Program-made: the position numbers and the translations under genes
From: a bacterium
GTDB lineage: Bacteria > UBA8248
Assembly: GCA_965204535.1 (NCBI GenBank)
Contig: CBDBEV010000001.1
Coordinates: forward strand, 2,528,001 to 2,592,000
DNA length: 64,000 nucleotides
Reading direction: 5' to 3'
In this document: positions 58,232 to 64,000 of the stretch, piece by piece
Numbering within the stretch: the stretch's first letter is position 1
Layout of the letters: the number at the start of each line of letters is the position of its first letter
Notes under the pieces: model-generated
Database searches by the model: none
Told to the model about the DNA's origin: nothing
Seen by the model: only the letters and a program-made list of their open reading frames with translations

Positions 58232-59395
58232 GTGAGCGACAGGAGCCGCCGCGGCCAGCAGTGGGTGACCGAGGAGTTCTACAAGGTTCACGACGTCTAC
58301 GCCTTCCGCTCGGTGATGTACGTGGAGTGGGGCTTCCGGCCCGCCGACGTGCGGAGGACCACCGAGCGCATCAAGTTGCCCGGCTCCGTGCCCAAGGAGT
58401 GGGCGCGCACCGCCGCCCAGGAAGAAGCGCTCGCGAGGGAGGCCGAGGCCGCCGGCCACCTTGAGTCGGCGGCGGAGTTCTACCACCGCGCGGCGCTTTA
58501 TTACGGCCCCGCCTGCGGCGTCATCCACAAGAACACGCCCCAGAAGCTCGAACTCTACGCGAAGATGATCGCCTGCTACGAGAAGTTCATCGAGCTTTTC
58601 GACGAAGCGCCCGTCGAGCGTGTGGAGATTCCCTTCGAGAACGGGAAGACGATTCCGGGCATCCTGCAGACCGTGCCGGGGGTTCCGAACGCTCCATGCG
58701 TCATCATCGTGCCGGGGATGGATACCATCAAGGAGTTTCTCCCCAACCCCTACCACAACCACTTCCGGCGGCGCGGCCTCGCCACGCTCAGCATCGACGG
58801 TCCCGGCCAGGGGGAGAGCAACACGCGCGAGACCTGGGTGACGCTGGACAACTTCGAGCGCGCGGGCTCCGCGGCGATAGATTTCCTGGAATCCCGCCCC
58901 GAGGTGGACGCCGAGCGAATCGGCCTCTACGGCTGGAGCATGGGCAGCTACTGGGGGCCGCGCGTGGCGGCGCACGATAAGCGTCTCAAGGCCTGCGTGG
59001 GCGCGATGGGCGTCTATCTCCAGAAAGACTCCATCTTCAAGAGCGGAAAGCCCGCCTACCGGGCGAACTACCAGTACATGTCCAACATCCATGACGAGGA
59101 CGAGTTCGACGCCATGGCCGGGCAGATGACGCTGGAGCACATCGCGGGCGGCATCAAGTGTCCGACGCTTCTCGCCATGGGCGAGTTCGACGAGTTGTGT
59201 CCCCTGGAGGACGCCGAGCGGCTCTTCGACCTCCTGGGCGGCCCGAAGGAGCTTTGGGTGTATGAGAACGAGGCCCACACGATGGGCGGGCGCCTGCCCG
59301 ATTTCTACCTCATGGTGGCCGACTGGCTGCGCGACGCCATAGGCGGCCAGTTCAGTCCCGACCACGCCGTGCGCCGCTTCTTCGAGGCGAGGTGA
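58232..59395 (+). CDS. Alpha/beta hydrolase (paralog of 27824..29029)
   Basis: PGMD, DGPGQGES, GWSMGSYW, GEFD. Confidence 0.83.
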   Translation: MSDRSRRGQQWVTEEFYKVHDVYAFRSVMYVEWGFRPADVRRTTERIKLPGSVPKEWARTAAQEEALAREAEAAGHLESAAEFYHRAALYYGPACGVIHKNTPQKLELYAKMIACYEKFIELFDEAPVERVEIPFENGKTIPGILQTVPGVPNAPCVIIVPGMDTIKEFLPNPYHNHFRRRGLATLSIDGPGQGESNTRETWVTLDNFERAGSAAIDFLESRPEVDAERIGLYGWSMGSYWGPRVAAHDKRLKACVGAMGVYLQKDSIFKSGKPAYRANYQYMSNIHDEDEFDAMAGQMTLEHIAGGIKCPTLLAMGEFDELCPLEDAERLFDLLGGPKELWVYENEAHTMGGRLPDFYLMVADWLRDAIGGQFSPDHAVRRFFEAR

Positions 59396-59429
59396 GAACG
59401 GTGTTTCTTCACTCGGTATTGACCACCGC

Positions 59430-59615
59430 CGTCATTCCGGCGCATGCCGGAATCCAGAGCAGGCGGGGATACCGAATCGCAGGAAGGCCAAGAAAAACGA
59501 TAAAGCGAAAAGGCAAATTCAAAAACAAAGTCCCTGGATTCCGGCATGCGCCGGAATGACGGCAATGGGATTCCGCCTTGCTGAAGGGAGTGTAGGGGCC
59601 GCATATATGCGGCCC
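59430..59615. repeat. Composite of a CGTC palindrome pair (family D) and a GTAG-REP
   Basis: Inverted relative to 39087-39343 and shares the linker GGGATTCCGCCTTGCxGAAGGGAGT. Confidence 0.8.
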
Positions 59616-59732
59616 TTTTTTTTCGCCGTCGAAACACGGGCCGCAGGCTCTCGCCCTGAAACCAACCCCCCTACCCCCCCTTGACAGGGGGGTATGAAAA
59701 AGCGACGCCCGCTGTCGAGGTGAACGCAAATT

Positions 59733-59895
59733 CACTCCCCCCTTGAGGGGGAGTCGAGGAAGCCGAGCGGTTTGTGCGAAGGCTGACTCGGTGGGGGGTA
59801 AAATGCGCATTATCGCCAGTCCGAATTATACCCCCCACCGAATCGCTTTCGGGCTTACGCCCTCAGCTCTTCGACTCCCCCTCAAGGGGGGAGTG
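59733..59895. repeat. Palindromic repeat family B
   Basis: Nearly identical to the copy reconstructed at 40823-42507. Confidence 0.9.
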
Positions 59896-60044
59896 ATTCA
59901 CTTCCCTTCGAGTTGTTTCAACAGCCTAAAAAGGAAGGGCTTTCTCCGGCCGCGCTTTTCCTGATAGGCGCGATGCCGTATTCTTGGGGCTTTGGCGATT
60001 CCAATTTTCCCTGAAACGCATCTCGTGTTCCGACGGAGAATTTC

Positions 60045-61073
60045 ATGAAAGCGGCTTTGCTTGAAAAAACGCGGGTGATGAGCGTGGGCGATCAGCCCGA
60101 CCCCGGCCTGCCCGCCGATCACGCGCTGGTGCGGGTGGCGACTTCGGCCATCTGCGGCACGGACGTATCCATCTGGGCGGGAAAGATGCCCGCGCGCATC
60201 CCGCTCATCCCCGGCCATGAGTGCACGGGCAGGGTGGAGCAGGTCGGCGATAGCGTGACGAGGCTCAAAGTGGGCGACCGGGTGGTGCTGAACCCGCTTT
60301 CGAGTTGCGGGAAGTGCTTCTACTGCGTGCGCGGGCTGACGAACCTCTGCCTGTACGGCGGCCTCAGGGGACGCGAGGTGCCGGGCACCTTCGCCGAGTA
60401 CATCGCCGTGCGCGAGACCGAAGCGTTCGCATTCCCCGAACACGTGAGCTTCGCCGTGGCGACGAACTTCGTGGGCCTTTACACGGTCGTCTACAGCCAG
60501 AGAAAGGCGCCCTACATCGCGGGCGCGCGCGTGGCGGTTCTCGGGCAGGGGAGCAGCGGCCTGCTCCACACGCAGTTGGCGAAGGTCTCGGGTGCGGCGT
60601 CCGTCATCGCCGTGACGAGGAGCAAGTGGAAGCTCGAGGTGGCGAAAGAGATGGGGGCGGATGAAATCGTGCCCGCCGGCGAGGTGGACCCCGTCGAAGC
60701 CGTGCGCGGCCTCACCGACGGCCTCGGCGCCGACGTCGTGATCGAGACGGCGGGCGCCGCCGAGACCATGGTGCAGGCCTACGAGATGGTGCGGCCCGGA
60801 GGCGCGATTCTCCAGTTCGGCATCGGGCCGGCCGCGGTCGACGGCGTGCCGGGCCAGGCCTATTACTTCAAGGATCTGACCGTCATCGGCTCTCGCGCGG
60901 GTCTGCCGGAGGATTTCGAGAGCGCCATCCGCCTGGTGGCGACCGGGCAAATCGACCTGGAGCCCCTCGTCACCCACCACTTCGCGCTCGACGACATCCA
61001 GGCGGGCTTCGAGTTCGTCGACTCAGGCGGAGACGGCGGCACGCTCCGGGCGGTGATCGAGATAGCGAACTGA
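60045..61073 (+). CDS. Zn-dependent alcohol dehydrogenase (MDR family)
   Basis: ICGTD, GHE, structural Zn motif CxxCxxC-x7-C, GQGSSG. Confidence 0.9.
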   Translation: MKAALLEKTRVMSVGDQPDPGLPADHALVRVATSAICGTDVSIWAGKMPARIPLIPGHECTGRVEQVGDSVTRLKVGDRVVLNPLSSCGKCFYCVRGLTNLCLYGGLRGREVPGTFAEYIAVRETEAFAFPEHVSFAVATNFVGLYTVVYSQRKAPYIAGARVAVLGQGSSGLLHTQLAKVSGAASVIAVTRSKWKLEVAKEMGADEIVPAGEVDPVEAVRGLTDGLGADVVIETAGAAETMVQAYEMVRPGGAILQFGIGPAAVDGVPGQAYYFKDLTVIGSRAGLPEDFESAIRLVATGQIDLEPLVTHHFALDDIQAGFEFVDSGGDGGTLRAVIEIAN

Positions 61074-61121
61074 CGCCCGCAGACCACCGCGGGCCTGTCT
61101 CCGGAAAAGGAGGAGGTCGTC

Positions 61122-61994
61122 ATGTCTTTTGAACACCCATTCATTCGCATCGCAAACGTCACGCCCGAGAAACTGGACGAGAAAGAGGGCTGGAGCGTCT
61201 CCGATTTCCGTGTCGTCGTCAGCGGGAAGGAGGGGTCTTCTTCCATCATGTACCACGCCACGCTGGCCCCGGGTGATCGCCACCACAAGCACCGCTACGA
61301 GAACTGCCAGATGCAGTATTACGTCGTGAGCGGCCACGGCCTCGCCGGAGCGGGGGAGGACCGCGTGGAGGTGCACGTGGGCCACTTCCACCTGATCCCC
61401 AAGGGCGTGGAGCACTGGCTCGTGAACCTGGGCAGGCACGACCCGCTCATCATCATCGGGTTCTACGACCGCGTTCCCTATTTCAGGGACACCGGCCACG
61501 TCTATCTCGGCGATATCACCGAGGCCGACATCGCCGCACCGCGGGCGCTGAGCGCCGCTGCTCTCAAGCATCCGCTCGTGCACAACGACGAGGTTCCCCA
61601 CGTCAAGGTGTCGCATGAGGAGGGCTGGACGCAGGACTACTTCAACGAGCCGCTGAACCGCAGCGTCGGCGCGGGCTCGTGCTGGATGCAGGGCTACTTC
61701 GGCCCCCACACCGTGCACATGAAGCACCGCCACAACAACTGCGAGGAGATATGCTACATCCTGAAGGGCCGCGGCCTGGCGGGCATCGGGCGCGACCGCG
61801 GGGAAGTCTTCGCGGGCGACGTGAACTACATCCCCGCCGGGGCGGAGCACTGGCTCGCGAACATCGACGACACCGAAGACCTCTCCGCACCCGGCTGGTA
61901 CATCGGCGTGGGCGGGCTGGATGAGAGCGGCTTCGAGTACCTGGGGCCGGTGACGGACGAGGACCTGAAACAGCGGACGGGCGTGGTCGAATAG
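61122..61994 (+). CDS. Bicupin (two cupin domains)
   Basis: KHRYENCQ...IPKGVEHW and KHRHNNCEE...IPAGAEHW. Confidence 0.85.
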   Translation: MSFEHPFIRIANVTPEKLDEKEGWSVSDFRVVVSGKEGSSSIMYHATLAPGDRHHKHRYENCQMQYYVVSGHGLAGAGEDRVEVHVGHFHLIPKGVEHWLVNLGRHDPLIIIGFYDRVPYFRDTGHVYLGDITEADIAAPRALSAAALKHPLVHNDEVPHVKVSHEEGWTQDYFNEPLNRSVGAGSCWMQGYFGPHTVHMKHRHNNCEEICYILKGRGLAGIGRDRGEVFAGDVNYIPAGAEHWLANIDDTEDLSAPGWYIGVGGLDESGFEYLGPVTDEDLKQRTGVVE

Positions 61995-62033
61995 CGCTTC
62001 TTGTAAGAACAACCAATTTGTGAGGAATGATAC

Positions 62034-62891
62034 ATGCCGCTTCAATACCCCCTGGTGCACGTAGACGACATCGCGCCCGAGAAGATGGAGGAGAAGGAAG
62101 GCTGGGCGATCTCGGAGTTCCGGCTGCCCATCACCGGGGCGCACGGAAGCTCGACGACGGCCTTTCACTCCATCTTCCGGCCCGGCTCCACGCACGCGAA
62201 GCACTCCCATTCCGAGTGCGAGGAAATCGCGGTGTATCTCAAGGGCCACGGCGTGGTCGGCCAGGGTGAGGAGCGCGCCGAGGTGCGCGAGGGCCACTGC
62301 CGCCTCATGCCGAAGGGCTCGACGCATTTCTTCTACAACGAGACGAAGGACGAAGAGGCGATGGTGGTCGGCTTCTACCTCGGCGCGCCGAGCGTGGCGG
62401 GCACGGGCTATGCGTTTCACGGCGACGTGACGAAAGAAGACCTCGACATGCCGCGCGAAGGCATTTCCGACGGCATCCTCGTGCATCTGGACGACGTGCA
62501 GCCCGAGAACATGAACGAGGGTGAGGGCTGGTCGATCACCGACTTCAGGCTCCCTCTGGGAGGGCACAACGGCAGCGATACGACGCTGTTCCGCGCGCGC
62601 TTTTTCCCGGGCGCGGTGCACAAGAAGCACAGGCACGACAACTGCGAGGAGATCTACTACATCATCAGCGGCCACGGGCTGGCGGGGGCGGGACCGGACC
62701 GCGTCGAGGTGCGCGGCGGGCACTTCCACTACATCCCCAAAGGGGTGGAGCACTGGCTCCACAACCTGAGCGATACCGACCCCATCGAGGCGGTGGGCAT
62801 CTACATCGGCAGCGGGAGCGTGGCGGAGACGGGCTACGTCTACATGGGCGACGTGACCGAAGCGGACATCCAGGCGCGGACGCCGCTCTAG
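62034..62891 (+). CDS. Bicupin, paralog of the upstream gene
   Basis: KHSHSECEE...MPKGSTHF and KHRHDNCEE...IPKGVEHW. Confidence 0.85.
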   Translation: MPLQYPLVHVDDIAPEKMEEKEGWAISEFRLPITGAHGSSTTAFHSIFRPGSTHAKHSHSECEEIAVYLKGHGVVGQGEERAEVREGHCRLMPKGSTHFFYNETKDEEAMVVGFYLGAPSVAGTGYAFHGDVTKEDLDMPREGISDGILVHLDDVQPENMNEGEGWSITDFRLPLGGHNGSDTTLFRARFFPGAVHKKHRHDNCEEIYYIISGHGLAGAGPDRVEVRGGHFHYIPKGVEHWLHNLSDTDPIEAVGIYIGSGSVAETGYVYMGDVTEADIQARTPL

Positions 62892-62939
62892 CGGCGCATC
62901 GACTTTAAGCGGTGTTCGGCCTCCACCGGGGGCGGCGTC

Positions 62940-63019
62940 GTAATCGGACAGGCCCCCGTGCCTGTCCGACGTGGGACAACCACAGGGGGCAGGACAACCC
63001 GGAAAGGTTGTCCTGCTAC
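62940..63019. repeat. Degenerate GTAG-class REP pair
   Basis: GGACAGGCCCCCGTGCCTGTCC...GCAGGACAACC-x-GGTTGTCCTGCTAC. Confidence 0.55.
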
Positions 63020-63043
63020 GAGTCAATTTTTTCTTTCCTCTTC

Positions 63044-63252
63044 GGGGCTGTTGAAAAAGCCCTCGTCGAAAGGCAACCCCCCCTACCCCCCCTTGTCAGG
63101 GGGGTATAAAAAGGCGATGCGTTCCCGCCGGGCTGAGAGGGGTTTGCTTTTTCTTGCCCCCCTGACAAGGGGGGGTAGGGGGGGTTGGTTTTATGGGATT
63201 TCCCTTTCAAGGGAGTTGCCATTACCCTCTCAGGGGTTTTTTCAACAACCCC
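63044..63252. mobile_element. IS1182-type end pair enclosing a family A palindrome (63076-63187)
   Basis: GGGGCTGTTGAAAAAGCCC...GGGGTTTTTTCAACAACCCC. Confidence 0.65.
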
Positions 63253-63412
63253 CTCAAGGGAGGGATGATGTCATTCCCCTTCACGCCTGGAACACGGAAC
63301 CCCATGAAGATAATTCCCTTTTCTTTCTTTTGCCTTTCGCGCGCGTCGTGATATGCTTGTAAGGCGTGTGGGAGTAATCAGCATTCCAGGATAAAAATAA
63401 TGGAGCAAAGCC

Positions 63413-63961
63413 ATGAAGATAACCGAGGCGGCGGCGGATAAAGTCAAGGAAATCATGGAGCAAAACGGCGGCGGTTTCGCCGGCATCCTGATCAGCTTCG
63501 AGGGCGGCTACAAGCTCGACCTGGTGCGGGATGAGGATACGGACCAGTACATCCGCGTGGAGAACCCCCTGCTGGGCGTCTTCGCCTCGTCCGAGCACGT
63601 CGACAGGGCGGAGAAGGCCCAGATCGAGTTCGTCACCGAAGGCCCGACGAGCGGGTTCAAGGTGACCCGCGAGATGACCGACGGCGATACGTCCCTCCTG
63701 GAGCAGATTCAGGAGATCATCGACACGGAGATCAACCCGGCGGTGGCGTCCCACGGCGGCTACATCAGCCTGCTGGACGTGGAGGAGAAGCGCGTGTTCG
63801 TGCAGATGGGCGGCGGCTGCGCGGGCTGCGGCATGGCGGACGTGACGCTCAAGTCAGGCGTCGAGGCCAGGCTTCAGCAGCTCGACCCCGAGATACAGGT
63901 GGTCGACACCACCGACCACGCGGCGGGCACGAACCCCTACTACGCGCCGACGCAAAAATAA
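63413..63961 (+). CDS. nfuA: NfuA-like Fe-S cluster carrier
   Basis: Degenerate A-type N-domain (KITEAA) plus NifU C-domain INPAVASHGG...GGGCAGC, DH..G.NPYY. Confidence 0.85.
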   Translation: MKITEAAADKVKEIMEQNGGGFAGILISFEGGYKLDLVRDEDTDQYIRVENPLLGVFASSEHVDRAEKAQIEFVTEGPTSGFKVTREMTDGDTSLLEQIQEIIDTEINPAVASHGGYISLLDVEEKRVFVQMGGGCAGCGMADVTLKSGVEARLQQLDPEIQVVDTTDHAAGTNPYYAPTQK

Positions 63962-64000
63962 GTTTTAAGCTGAAAGAATGAAGGGCCGGCCGTCTGGCCG

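Noticed and set aside
61023-63026. 667-aa minus-strand ORF across the bicupins (and similar long antisense ORFs such as 73..1638, 2884..4557, 11452..13332)
   Set aside because: No recognisable motifs; these overlap well-supported genes and are expected from codon bias.
33160-63260. CRISPR array suggested by the many short repeats
   Set aside because: The repeats are dispersed palindromes, not identical direct repeats with unique regular spacers, and there are no cas genes.

Overview
GC-rich bacterial chromosomal window with no rRNA, tRNA or CRISPR array. The gene content (Liv-type ABC transporter, many catabolic oxidoreductases, Kelch/TPR proteins, MMPL plus MpaB-type oxygenase) suggests an uncultured marine or host-associated heterotroph; this is inference only. 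The left half (1-32.5 kb) is densely packed: a xanthine-dehydrogenase-family molybdoenzyme, an MMPL-oxygenase-MMPL triad (first MMPL frameshifted), a Liv ABC operon, a deaminase plus DUF1116, and a long catabolic run (alpha/beta hydrolase, LLM monooxygenase, DRE-TIM lyase, 2 SDRs, M24 enzyme, 2 atypical ACADs, CoA ligase, ThDP decarboxylase). The right half (33-64 kb) mixes core genes (arfB, ppk2, nfuA), a FadR-led second catabolic cluster and small accessory inserts with no integrase. These inserts are: a lower-GC operon (membrane protein, atypical pyruvoyl AdoMetDC-like enzyme, DUF3326) bracketed by inverted GTAG-REPs; an orphan VapB C-terminal mini-gene; a fic gene behind a 40-41 bp-periodic 7-9-7 inverted-repeat array, with a second gene-less copy of that array; a dinJ-yafQ module between two copies of the 66-bp 3' end of an MFS gene; a KAP NTPase; and a TPR protein. 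Most larger intergenic spacers hold nested palindromic repeats of at least five families, plus an intact IS1182-family element and many short IS1182-like end pairs wrapped around different repeat cargo.
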